NCBI GenBank assembly: GCA_964016885.1
Contig: OZ024740.1
Coordinates: forward strand, 257,858,001-257,922,000
Direction of reading: 5' to 3'
Origin: Eledone cirrhosa
Taxonomy: Eukaryota
DNA length: 64,000 nucleotides
Positions 43,045-56,478 of this stretch are shown here, one piece after another. The notes beneath the pieces are model-generated. The model did no database searches. It was not told the DNA's origin and saw only the letters and a program-made list of their open reading frames with translations. Made by a program: the position numbers and the translations under genes. How positions within the stretch are numbered: position 1 is the first letter of the stretch; each line of letters opens with the position of its first letter.

Positions 43045-45499
43045 ATTAATTTGATTAAAATAGCAGGCGGCATGACAGCTAATATCCTTTTAAAGATTTA
43101 TTGTTGCAAAACACACTATGACCTTCCGATCGTTTGCGAAATACTTCAGCCACTAAGCTGCGCTCTTTCACAGCTGTTTACAACAACAAAAACAGCAACA
43201 ACAATAATAGCAGCAACAGTAACAGAACATTAGTATCAGCAGCAACAAGAATATTTTTTTAGTGAATTGCTGAGTTGAGCTAAAACCGTGATTGCGCCAT
43301 TTACCAACTATCATATTGCTATGACCTCACACACTGAATAAACACAAGTCGACATTAGAAGAATTAGAAGACCGTAAGTGTATTGGAGACGGAGATGAAA
43401 CATCATCACCAAGAACAACATTAACACCGCCACAACAATAACAAAAGCAATAACATCAACATCGCTACGTAAGATTCTAGCAACATAATCAGGTGCGGGA
43501 ATTGTTTGTTTCGTTTGTATAGTTTCATTAGAAGAAATACTGTGTAGCCTCGCAAGATTTTGTAAGTTAAATTGGAAACGGAATGAACATACGAACTAAA
43601 CGAATTCCGATCTTCAGCCCTACGTTCTATAGCCAGATATCCCAGTAAATCACAGTTATTGAAGTATGTAAGTGTTTTCGGTACTTAAGGATAGTAATTA
43701 CTCAGCTGGGAAAATTATCTTATCAACTCTTAAGAAACAGACAAGACAATGGGAGAGGAACCATGCAAAATAGATTAGTCTCTGTAACGTAAAACAGTGT
43801 AACCGTTAGATTACATGAGAAATTAGCAGAAGAGAGAGAAGAAAGATGAACGCTACCTTAGACAAATAAACTGAAAGGTAAAACATAACAAGTGTCTTAC
43901 CAAATTTAGTTAGGTACACCAGTCTTTAAAATTAGAGCAAAATGTACAGGCCTTGAAGACACCGCTCTAATACAAATGAATCGAGGCCTTAAGACCGAGT
44001 GGATGAAATTTGCGCTATCTGTTCTTTCGCACGAGTGGAAAGAAAGAAATAGTAGTTGGACAAACAAAATTGAGGGAATTCAGGCGAAAAATATGGAAGG
44101 TCAGAATAATAGAAATGGTCAGAGTGAGTATTATGAATACAGGTTTTAAAGAAATACGATGTAGTGTCGGACAAATCTGTTAATCAAATTGGAGACGTTA
44201 TTAAACGATGCAAGCGAAACAAATAACATCTTATCTTCAGTTATCGGTTCTAATCGCAGATACCCCAGTGTATCCCAGTGTATCACAAGTAATTATTTCA
44301 GCTTTTCTATTTTGGAGAATTATCACTCTGCCTTTGAATTCTTCATAATTTAATCCCCATTTTCAGAATTAAGTTTTTTGAAAGGTTTCTTTTTGAACTT
44401 TGAAAATTGCGAGTCTTTATAAACATTCAAAACTATTTAAACCTTTACTCCTCTATACTTACTAAATCAATTTTGAATGGTGAATTTTATTTTAGAAATA
44501 TTGAATTCGCCATACGCTAGTAACAGTTAGAATTAATTGTTTATTTGAGTTCTTAATATAGAGAGATGAATTTGAGCAAAACTGCAATATAGAGAGAGAT
44601 AAGAAAAATAGCCATACCGCATCGTCCTTCGCTCGGGTTAGTCAGTCTCTATTTCATGCTGTGGCGATGGGCCTGCGACTGTCCTGGTGTTCGTGGGATG
44701 GACGCACAAAGATTGCGTATCAAGAGATGCCAAAGAGAGTTTGGAAGGGGGAAAACCATGACAATTTCTTACGTAATTATTAGAAATGTTTAATCTTTCG
44801 TCAATGTCTTATGCTCCTACATAGAAAAAGTTTATTATCTTAGCGGGTTATTATAATTATTCAATATTCTATGATTTTAATATCTCTATAGTTAAATCCT
44901 CCTTCAGACTTAGTTCTTTATTCTCAAATAAATAATTCTTAATATATATGTTCTAATAGCAAACCTCCGGGATTGCTTAAACCTCCGGAACTAAAGTGAA
45001 TACAGTTACTTGAATCTAGAATTGATACTTATGATTAACATAGCGTTTTTGTAAATATACTATAATAATGTTACACTTCTAAATACGAAATAAATTTATG
45101 ACCATAGGATTTTATGCTAAAAATTATTATATAATATTACTATTGTCGTATTTAATAAATAACATATATATCACTGTTTTATTACATTTAAATATTCATC
45201 ATAATCCATTGCTTCATTTTCCACATTGACATTGTACTTGGTACACAGCTCACAAAAGACAATGGTGTAAATCAGAAGAATGTGGCACACAAAGTAACAA
45301 TAGAGAATGTGTGACAAAAGAGTTTTGACAATCAACAACTAAACAATCATCCCGTATATCCTACTATAACATCTTCATAATACATACAGGAATCGCAAAC
45401 ACAAGGTTCTAAAAACCTACGCTAAGTACAAATTATTACCTCCCTACGGACAACTGACGCTGCACACTAGGTCCGAACAAGGAAGAGCCGAACTCCCAC

Positions 45500-47340
45500 T
45501 TTCATCGCATCCATCTCTCTCGCCCTCCCACATTTCTCTTTATTATGAGCAAATGGGGTCCCACGTGCTGGCCGCCCCACGACCCCGGCAGACAGAATAG
45601 AGAAAGCGTTTCCCCAGAGGATGGTAAGGGAAATGCACTAGAAAAGCCATTCCATATCGCGAGACTCACACATGCAGTTAGCCAGCTCAAGGTCTTTGGT
45701 GGTAAGCAGGGAGATAGCCCTGGGGCCAAGGACACCAGTAGTCACCACTGCTAAGGGCACGACCGCAAACCTGTCGGAGAGCGACCGATACCTGGAGAAT
45801 TTGCCCTCCTCAGCCTGAAGTGCAGCAGAATCTGGGTTAATCGCAGAATGCACCAGGTTACTGCTGAAGAAAGCGTCGCAGCAAGTGGCATCCTAGACGA
45901 GGTGTTTGCCACCGCGGAACGGGAAGATAATCATGCCCTCTGGCCTTTTGCCGTCCCCTCGGTCCAACCCCACCGGCTCAAGCTGGGAGGGGAAGCCTGC
46001 AGCATCCAAGCCATGCTTTATGATATCGTTTAGGGTGACATGCACTGTAGCGACAGGAAAATGGGTGGAGGCTGAAGGAGCCGACGGTGGTGCCTCAGCC
46101 GCATTTTTTGTGTGGCTCGCAGATCCGGAGACCAAGCCTCGGGGAAACCCCAATGCGCAGTCTATCGATGTCCAGCTGCGTGCCAGCGGAGAAGGAGGGT
46201 AAACATGGAGCCAGGCACCACTGTTGGCTTGTGAGGCCGCGCGAAAACATGCAAGGCGGTGCAGGTCGAGCTGGCGCGCTAGCCTGTCAGAGACCAGGTT
46301 ACACTGGATGGCATCCCAAATACTCTGGGGGAACTTGACGTCAACAGGGGGAGAAGGAGGAGGGACGTCTACTGGGCTAAATCCCAGCCGGTCCCACGTC
46401 TCACAGGACGGCCTCACGTTCCTTGATCACAGTGGGATCCATTGTGTTTAGGGGAACCCTGTTGACGAGGGCGAGGCATGAGTTTACCAGCGAAAGAAAC
46501 GCCGGCAAAGCCAGTGAGATCGGGGTCCGGAGGCCAAAGCCATCATATCTAACAAGTAAGTTGGCCTGTTGCCATCCAATGACGTCAAAGCTGACATTGC
46601 ATATCCCCTCAGCTGCCGCTCGCATACAAGTATCAAAATTAGCGAGGAGAGATGCGTGGCGGTAGCACTGAGCGAGGAGAGATGCGTGGCGGTAGCACTG
46701 AGGGTTTTGAGTTGCTGGAGCCTGGACATGATGGTTGAGCGGATGGCCGGCGAGAGGATCGGTGACCCGTAGAGGAGGACATCCTCTTTAGGAGTCACTG
46801 TATCTGGAGGAGAATGGACCGCACATCCGAGACGGAGGTTGCAAAGCTCTCAATAGCGTGGTGGACATTCACCACCTCCGACTTGGATGAGTTGACCTGG
46901 AGGCCGATTCCCTCTAGAGCAGGAACCACCGATTCTAGGTCATGGCAGACACTTTCTACGGCCCCGCCCAGCGTAGCATCATCCAGTCACCAAACCTTGA
47001 GAGGGGTCGTGATACTCCGGGCGATGTGGTCTATACCAAGTGCAAACAGGAGGGTGCCCAAAGGATCACCCTGTTGGACCCCGGGAGCTGAAGGTATGAC
47101 CGTATCAGCAGCAAAGAGCATGCTCGCGGCTCCATATGACAGGTAGGCCAGTAAGGTAGGCAGAAGGGGTTCGGCTGAAGTAGGCATCGAACAGATTGTC
47201 ACGGCATAGGGAGTTGAAGGCATTGCTCATGTCAAGCTTGACAATGAGGTGTCTGGAAAAGCAAACCCTGGAAGAGCAGCACCGCAAAGATAGAGAGACG
47301 TCTGAACGCTTTCCAACAGCAGCGTCTGCGAATGATCCAT
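45500..47340 (-). mobile_element. CRE-clade (RLE-type) non-LTR retrotransposon, 5'-truncated and frameshifted
   Basis: VKLDMSNAFNSLCRD; GVQQGDPLGTLLFALGI; W*LDDATLGG; WQQANLLVRYDGFGLR; SGAWLH; HVTLNDII..LEPVGLDRGDGKRPEG (RLE PD-like motif). Confidence 0.85.
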
Positions 47341-47419
47341 CGTGTGTCCTGGCGCCACCGAGTGCGAAACGAGTAAATCCTGTGAAGACAGAGTCGGTGA
47401 CGCTACGGAGGATGGTCAC

Positions 47420-47675
47420 AGTGTGCCGGTGCCGCCTGGCTGGCCATATTCTGTGCCTGTCCAACGAAGACACTCGATAACAGTGATGAACAGGACTCCA
47501 TCTGGCGGCAAACGGAGGCAAGGTTGTCCCAGGATCACCTGGCGACGAACGTTACGAAAAGACATGATGACATACAACATCATTTGGCGCCGACGGGATA
47601 AAAGCCACCGCTGATCGTGACCGTTGGCGAGTACTTTCTGCTCGTGCGCCGAACGGCGGGGAAGTACCTAAGACT
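47420..47675 (+). pseudogene. RTE-like LINE extreme 3' end
   Basis: LAGHILCL.. then VMNRTPSGGKRRQGCPRITWRRTLRKDM, the typical RTE C-terminal G.R..GRP..TW motif. Confidence 0.7.
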
Positions 47676-47713
47676 CTATATATGTATATATACTATATAT
47701 ATGTATATCTATG

Positions 47714-47768
<55 letters not shown>

Positions 47769-47812
47769 GATATTAAACAAATGGAAACTATATTTATAAA
47801 TAAAACCATATT

Positions 47813-47878
47813 TATTTCATTATACATATTTCAGGGATACCATATTAAAAATATGGCATGCCTTCTTCAGATAAAATA
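47813..47878 (-). ncRNA. Intact type I hammerhead ribozyme
   Basis: tattttat-CTGAAGA-AGGcATGCCATATT ttt AATATGGTATcCCT-GAAA-TATGTA-TA-atgaaata: canonical core, 8-bp stem I, 13-bp stem II, short near-palindromic stem III, AUA cleavage triplet. Confidence 0.85.
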
Positions 47879-48119
47879 CAATATATAAGCAGTTTTATAA
47901 ATAAATTTGACGTACCATAAATATTGAACAACTTCCATTTAAGAGGTTGGTTTTTAATATGGTATCCCTGAAATATGTATAATGAAATAAATATGGTTTT
48001 ATAAATATAGTTTCCATTTGTTTAATATCGTATATCTACTCCAAAACTTGTTGAGTGCTTTATATCAGTTATAAAATATTTACTCGTTGTAACCCAACAA
48101 TTTTAAATAAAAATTTTGC

Positions 48120-48159
<40 letters not shown>

Positions 48160-48160
48160 T

Positions 48161-48217
<57 letters not shown>

Positions 48218-48668
48218 GTTTGTGTGTGTGTGTATGTGTGTATAGTATCTGCAATTCTGTTTACATGCCAACACAAGAGCAAGAATTTCGAGGTCATTCT
48301 ACTCACATGCTATAAAGAGGCTGTTTGCATAATTGCAAAGAAATCGAATATTATTATTGATATTTGAAAAACTCAGATTACATTTATTCTATTCAGACAT
48401 GTAGAGCGATACATTATTTGCTATATATATGTGCTAGTGTGTGTGTGTGTATTGTGTGTGTGTGTATGTGTGTGTATGTGTGTGTGTGTATGTGTGTGTG
48501 TGTGTGTTAGGTAATTCCGAAGAAAAAGCAAAGAAAAAAGAGTGCTCTATATATTAAACTATATATTTAATTAGAAATTGAACAACATAAAATATAACTA
48601 CTCCATTACGAAATGTTTTTGGATCCTACACAATATTAATATACGTCTGAATCATTGATCAGACATCC

Positions 48669-48732
48669 CTGTCTAATGAACGATTCAGACGTATATTAAT
48701 ATTGTGTAGGATCCAGAAACCTTTGGTAATAG
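48669..48732 (+). ncRNA. Degenerate type I hammerhead ribozyme (G5A) within an inverted repeat at 48565-48775
   Basis: ctgt-CTAATGA-acGATTC...GGATCca-GAAACCTTTGGTA-atag. Confidence 0.55.
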
Positions 48733-48933
48733 AATAGTTATATTTTGTGTCGTTCAATTTCTAATTATATATGTATATATATATATACATAAATACATAC
48801 ATATATATATATTTATACATGCATATATATATGTATGTATGTTTATCTCACTGTTGTAATTATTTATACTAAACTCATCCTCTAGACGGCGTTTTCTTAC
48901 CTTGGATATTTCTACAAAGCTTATACTACACTA

Positions 48934-49022
<89 letters not shown>

Positions 49023-49225
49023 CAATATGTTGTATACTCTGCCTTTCATAGGTTATAGATTCCATACACTGGTGGTTTTTCCCTGTTTTATTGATAGCGC
49101 ACTCTATCTCTCTCTGGTGTGTTACCTTTTCAACATATTGTATTTTAAAGAGCTCAGGATTTCCTCTACTTTGAGCACATTATTTGCAGGGAACGGCGAG
49201 AATCTACGGCTATGTTAATGTATCG

Positions 49226-49281
<56 letters not shown>

Positions 49282-49782
49282 AGGGAGAGTGAGAGAGAAA
49301 GTGAGAGTGAGAGAGAGGGAGAATAATTTGTACAATTCTATCTGTATATTTGCTGTTTGTTTGGAACTAGATGTATATAATTGTTTTTGCGTCATATATC
49401 ATTTTCATTTTACATTTATATGTTCACATTGAGTTTGTGTGTGTCTCTGTGTTTGAGTGAATATGTGGGTATTTTTGTCTGTTTGTGTGTTTTATGTATG
49501 TGTATTTTATGTATGTGTAATTGTAAATATGTACGTAGATGTTTAATTTTCCAACTTTATACGTAGACATATCTACTTGTTTCTGTGTCAGTTTCAGTGT
49601 GTGTAATCATTGAAATGTATATGAATATATACACGTAAACAGATATACATGGAGAAATATTCAGGCATTCACATGCACAGCCACATGTATATTCTCATAC
49701 AAACACTTAAACACATGCATATACACTTACACATACACACAAAGGCACACACATGCACACAAACCAAACACACAGACACACA

Positions 49783-49833
<51 letters not shown>

Positions 49834-49884
49834 ATATCTTTATAAATACACAAAGTACATTTAAGTGTATATATATAATATATG

Positions 49885-49951
<67 letters not shown>

Positions 49952-49998
49952 ATATTGGTGTGTGTTGGCATACATATATATGCGTATGCATGTATGCA

Positions 49999-50066
<68 letters not shown>

Positions 50067-51041
50067 TGCAAACATGCATACGCATATATATATATGCCAA
50101 CACACACCAATATGTGATATGTATATTGTATAGTCTCAGAGACAGCTTCTCATATACCACCCCTACCAACAACAACATCAACAACCACAGATTACAACAC
50201 GATGTGATATGCAAAAACTTATAGATACACAGTTGGCTGCACATACAAATGCACGGGTGCATATGTTGAAGATAAGATATTCCTAAAAGACTGATGCGAA
50301 AAACAAAGAAATACAAGAAATAAAACATAGAATTAAATGTAAAATAACAAAAACAAACACACCATGGTGCTAATTTGTATTGAAAAGAATTTAGAACCTC
50401 GGGCAAACTCTAGCAATCTTCTTGCTTCTCCCACGTGATCAACATGGCGGTTAGATCATGCAAATTAGCTTTGTGCTGTTTGTGTTGCTTCTTGGTTGAG
50501 TTTTGAAATTTTGGTTTTTATAAAATAAAATTTTTTAAAAACATTAGATTTATGTATATTTCATTTTGTAATATGTTGTAGTTGTTGTAGTAGCAGTGGT
50601 GTTTTTCTGTGAGTATTTTTACGTTTCATATTTGTAGTTTTGCTAACTGGATGTTTTATTTTATATTTCGTTTTTATATTTCCATCAACTTTTCACATTT
50701 ACATAATAAGCTGTCAAGAGAAATGTAAATGTTTGCCCCATTCTAGACTTTTCTGTTTGTTTTCAGCGTATATCTTGCATACATTTATATATATATTGCT
50801 TGCCTTTGTGTTTAGATTTGTCTTGTGACATTTCGAAGATGAATGAAGTAACCCTCCTCCATCACACCTCTCCCTCACACATAACACTACCACCAAAAAG
50901 ACACCATCAGAATTAGAAAATAATTTTTAGATTTTATAGACAAGAGAAAAATACAAGCATGTAAGTAAATTTTACATATATATGGAAAGGCTTGCTGAAC
51001 ACACAAGCCGAAACTGCTTGGCACCGCGGTCGGGATTTAGA

Positions 51042-51079
<38 letters not shown>

Positions 51080-51774
51080 AGAGAGTATTGAAGTTTGCTT
51101 GAAGCATTGTGGAACAATAAGTAAATATCTTTAAGTCGTTTGGAAGCCTCGACAATGCAAATGGGTAAATCTCCGGGTAACAAGGTCCAGTGGTGGAGAG
51201 AGAGATGTAAGTGGGTGTACGTTGAGATGCGTGGTGTGTATAAGATGTGTGAGATGTGTAGAATGAAGGGAAGAGTATAAAGGATAAAAATAAGAATAAC
51301 AACACAAGAGAGAGTTACCTTGGGAGAGATTTGATAGTCCCTATATATTTCGGATTCACATCCATCAACTGGGTTTTTTTTCCGGGGTGGGGGAAAAGGT
51401 TGTCTGTCGGACAATGCGGAACGCGTCTTTCGCTGTTTGTTGATTTGAATATCTGAGGTATTCGGCAGAGCGCGCGTGCACGTGAAATGGGGTCGGTCGT
51501 ACAGAGGTCAGCGGCCGAATGAGGGAGTGGGATGGCGCTAGCTGTCAGTCCATTCTCTGCCTGTTTGTTAAATGTTACTGTTTGTGCGTGTGTTGTTGTC
51601 TCGCTTGAGTGTGTGTTTGTGGGTGTGTGTTGTTGCCTTGTTCATCTGTATTGGCAGTGTAGTATGTTCGTATGGTGGAATGCTACTGTGTGTGTGTGCG
51701 TGTGTGTGTGTAGTTGCCTCGTTTGCGTGTGTGTGTGTGTGCGTGTGTGGTGTGTTGTTGCATCGCTTGTTAAC

Positions 51775-52132
51775 TTAAACTAGCCATTTCATTTCGCTTC
51801 TCTCTAATCGGTTGTTTATTTGCGGTTGCAGTCGTTTGATAAAAAGCGCTTCCTTGATACGTAACGTGCCGACGTTTCTTTCAGCCGCTAGAATTGTGAC
51901 AATGGGCCTTCCGTCTTTGTTTCCGCATTTGTTTATGTGTTTACGGAAAGACGAGGCCCTGGTTTTAGTGTGTTCCTTGATCCGGATGTGCAAAGGCCGA
52001 ATTGTGCTACCTATGTAGTATTGGTTGCACCTGTCACATTCTATCTTATACACGACGTATGTGCGCAGGCAACAGCTAGCATGGCGTATCGGGCAGTCTC
52101 TGAGGGAGCATGCGTCAGTAGATTTTTCGGGT
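51775..52132 (-). pseudogene. Inverted duplicate of the GIY-YIG domain (part of the pseudo-LTR)
   Basis: YKIECDRCNQYYIGSTIRPLHIRIKEH...KWLV; three amino-acid differences from the plus copy over ORF 51775-52053. Confidence 0.9.
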
Positions 52133-52923
52133 CACTTGCCCTCCTCGACTTCCGAATCAACATCACAGAACAAGGAGGGATCCACTGCAACTTCTACAGA
52201 AAGGCAGCCTGCAGGGACCTATTCGTTCATTACAAGTCCGCCCTCCCTAACAGTGCCAAAAGAGGATACATCACGAACGAGATCGCGCGAATCAAAAACA
52301 GATGCAGCGATCCCGCGAGTGGTGTCACTCATACCAAGCGATTCCTCGAGGTGCTGGTGACGAACGGGTACCCTACCTCGATCACAGACAGAATAGGAGA
52401 CACCAGACGCAAGAGACAGAGAAGCACCCAAGGCAAGTGCTTCCTTAAAATGCCACACCTGGGCGAGAAAACCACCAACGCTATCCGCAAGGCTATACGG
52501 AGGGAGGGCCTCGACATCCACCTGGCCCACTCGGGCCCCTCCCTGCGAAGATGCCTCTCCAGGAAACCCGAAAAATCTACTGACGCATGCTCCCTCAGAG
52601 ACTGCCCGATACGCCATGCTAACTGTTGCCTACGCACATACGTCGTGTATAAGACAGAATGTGACAGGTGCAACCAATACTACATAGGTAGCACAATTCG
52701 ACCTTTGCACATCCGGATCAAGGAACACACTAAAACCAGGGCCTCGTCTTTCCGGAAACACATAAACAAATGCGGAAACAAAGACGGAAGGCCCATTGTC
52801 ACAATTCTAGCGACTGAAAGAAACGTCGGCACGTTACGTATCAAGGAAGCGCTTTTTATCAAACGACTGCAACCGCAAATAAACAACCGAATAGAGAGAA
52901 GCGAAATGAAATGGCTGGTTTAA
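52133..52923 (+). CDS. Penelope-like RT C-terminus/thumb, Cys-rich linker and GIY-YIG endonuclease (partial; genuine part of ORF 51937-52923)
   Basis: LLDFRINI..FYRK..LFVHYKSALP..NEIARIKNRCS..LVTNGYP; CSLRDCPIRHANCC; VVYKTECDRCNQYYIGSTIRPLHIRIKEH...IKEALFIKRLQPQIN. No internal stops. Confidence 0.9.
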
Positions 52924-53574
52924 GTTAACAAGCGATGCAACAACACACAACACACGCACACACACACACACGCAAACGAGGCAACTACACACACACACGC
53001 ACACACACACAGTAGCATTCCACCATACGAACATACTACACTGCCAATACAGATGAACAAAGCAGCAACACGCACACACACACACACACACTCAAGCGAG
53101 ACAACAACACACGCACACACACAGTAACATTTAACAAACAGGCAGAGAATGGACTGACAGCAAGCGCCATCCCACTCCCTCATTCGGCCGCTGACCTCTG
53201 TACGACCGACCTCATTTCACGCGCACGCGCGCTCTGCCGAATACCTCAGATATTCAAATCAACAAACAGCGAAAGACGCGTTCCGCATTGTCCGACAGAC
53301 AACCTTTTCCCCCACCCCGGAAAAAAAAAACAGTTGATGGATGTGAATCCGAAATATATAGGGACTATTAAATCTCTCCCAAGGTAACTCTCTCTTGTGT
53401 TTTTATTCTTATTTTTATCCTTTATACTCTTCCCTTCATTCTACACATCTCACACATCTTATACACACCACCCATCTCAACGTACACCCACTTACATCTC
53501 TCTCTCCACCACCGGACCTTGTTACCCGGAGATTTACCCATTTGCATTGTCGAGGCTTCTAAACGACTTAAAGA

Positions 53575-53702
<128 letters not shown>

Positions 53703-53810
53703 TAGATATGAACTCGTCTTACTCACTGATTAAGGAAAGTGTGTACTCTAACTAGGTGGGTTAGAATTTTAATAATACGAGCTTTATTGGTCATGCTTCG
53801 TCGCTTTATG

Positions 53811-53910
<100 letters not shown>

Positions 53911-53927
53911 AATAAATATATATATAT

Positions 53928-54379
53928 AAGAGAGTATTGAAGTTTGCTTGAAGCAGTGTGGAATAATAAGGTAAATTTCTTTAAGTCGTTTGGAAGCCTC
54001 GGCAATGCAGATGGGTAAATCTCCGGGTAACAAGATCCGGTGGTGCAAAGAGAGATGTTCAAAACAACGAACAGCGGAGGACACGTTTCGCACCTTTCCG
54101 ACAGACAACCTTCCCCTCCCACTCGGAAAAAACCCCAGTTGATGGATGTGAATCCGAAATATATAGGGACAATTAAATCTCGCCCAAGGTAACTCTTTCT
54201 TGTTATTTTTATTTTTATCCTTTACGCTCTTTCCTTCCTTCCTCTACACGCTACAGTCTTATACACGCCACGCCTCTCAACGTACACCCACTTACATCTC
54301 TCTCTCCACCACCGGATTTTATTCCCCGGAGATTTACCCATCTGCATTTTCGAGGCTTCCAAACGACTTTAATAATTTA

Positions 54380-54385
<6 letters not shown>
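53928..54385. mobile_element. Second, diverged, non-coding inverted pLTR fragment of the same Penelope family
   Basis: 53928-54058 matches 51078-51208; 54060-54385 matches ~53255-53580; arms ~53978-54058 and 54293-54372 are mutually inverted. Confidence 0.8.
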
Positions 54386-54435
<50 letters not shown>

Positions 54436-54550
54436 AATGTAATCTGAGTTTTTCGAATATTAATAACATTCGATTCGTTTGCAATTATGCAAACAACCCT
54501 CAATTTTATAGCCATGTCGGTAGTATAAACCCTTTATTCTTGCTCTTGTG

Positions 54551-54630
54551 TTGGCATGTGAACAGAACTGCAGACAATAATGTTTCTGGGTTTCACCCTT
54601 CATCAATACAGCTCACTGTTCACCTGCCAA
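54551..54630 (-). ncRNA. Type I hammerhead ribozyme with extended stem I (C3U variant)
   Basis: ttggcaggtgaacag-tg-agctgta-TTGATGA-aGGGTgaaACCCa-GAAA-CAttatTG-TC-tgcagtt-ctgttcacatgccaa. Confidence 0.82.
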
Positions 54631-54743
54631 AATGTCAGAGCTAGTGAAAATATATGCTATTTTCAAAAATACACAGTGACTGATCGGCCTGATTTCCATA
54701 TCAGCAGACTGGCTGATCGGTCAGATCTGCATATTAGCAGATC

Positions 54744-54824
<81 letters not shown>

Positions 54825-55850
54825 CGAAGGAAGTGTGGTAAGGAACCAGGTAGACCATAAGGGTTGGGGATGCCTGAACTGGCCTGTGGAACAAAAGGGA
54901 GGGAGTAAGATGACATTCTGGTCCGTGGATGCGAGGCCGGTCATGCGTAAACACAGAATACATAGGACATATCTTACGTTCAAACACCCTCACGACGCTT
55001 GTGGGTAGACCTCGGCTGTATCTTTTTCCTATTTACAAAGTAAGATAGAGGATCCCAAAGCATACTTAGGTAAAAGTAAACATTTTTTTCTTTTTTCTTC
55101 ATTAGTTACACACCCTAATTACACTTAAGTGGATCTTTGTATATCTCCACTAGTATACTCGGTTTCCATTCTACCTTTGATTAACCCAAGTATTTTCACT
55201 CCTGTTAAATATACATAGCACCGGCTGAACACATAGCCAGTGTTTTTTTTTAGCGGGGTGTATCATTATGGAAGATAATATTGATAAATTACTACGTTGA
55301 GGTGCCGTTCTAGTGTATTAGAGTAACTAATAACTAAATTTTATTAATTAGGAATTTAATTAGTATTAAATTATATTTGCTTTGCTCATTAGCCAATGTT
55401 AGACCTGGCATATTCATATTCACTCTACAATATTCCTTGTTTATCATTAGTTCTTACACCCATTAGGGATAGCTGTAAAGAATTCTCTCTTAACGTATTA
55501 CCTGTCTAGTATCCACAGGTCAGAATGTCATCTTACTCTCTCCCCTTTGTTCTACAGGTAAGGTCAGCCAAACCCACCCCACCCGCCGCTATGAAGGAAT
55601 TTAACTATGTATACGACATCCCAAAATATTTGACCACTCCCCGTGACAGAAATAAAAAACAACAATTTTTAGGATTGTTTGATATGATACTACTGCTATG
55701 TTTTGATTACATACCCATATGTGGACTGTACCTCTTGATAAGTTCAGCTATATCACTACCATCCTAACACTACTGGATTAGTTCGGATCTAGCTTTCGAA
55801 ACGGTCGGAGCTCAGCCGTCGGGGGTCCTGCCTCTTTTCCTACAGACACG

Positions 55851-55983
<133 letters not shown>

Positions 55984-56478
55984 TCATACATATATATATA
56001 TATATATATATATGTTTATTTATTTATTCATTAAAGTAGCAGATTAAAGTTTAAGCAAAAAATCGCAATTTTCACCCTTAACGGGATCTCCTGAAACTCT
56101 AGACTTTAATCTGTTATTTTAATAAATAATTGCTCTATGGTTCTTATATATTTGATATATATTTATCCTTATCGAGCCCTCTTTGGATTTTAGTCGTCAC
56201 ATTTATTATTATTATTATATATATATATTTTTGTACGCTTATATACCTTTTTCTTCTAACTGTGATTTTATACCTAATTGTGTATGGTTGACGATATATT
56301 TAATCGATTTCCACGTGCTATTAGAAATACTGGGTAAATATTCTTTACCTGTTGATCGCGGATAGATAGCTGTCGTTTATTTATCTACTATTTCTTCATG
56401 GGTGCCTTTTACTCTTATAGCCTTCTTTAATTGTTTTTTTTTGTGTGGTTGATTATGCTGATTGGGAGTTGAAATAAT

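Noticed and set aside
43480-44770. Unique-looking sequence as a host exon or transposon ORF (also 61170-61500 and 62350-62640)
   Set aside because: No sustained ORF or recognisable motif; would need BLASTX or RNA-seq.
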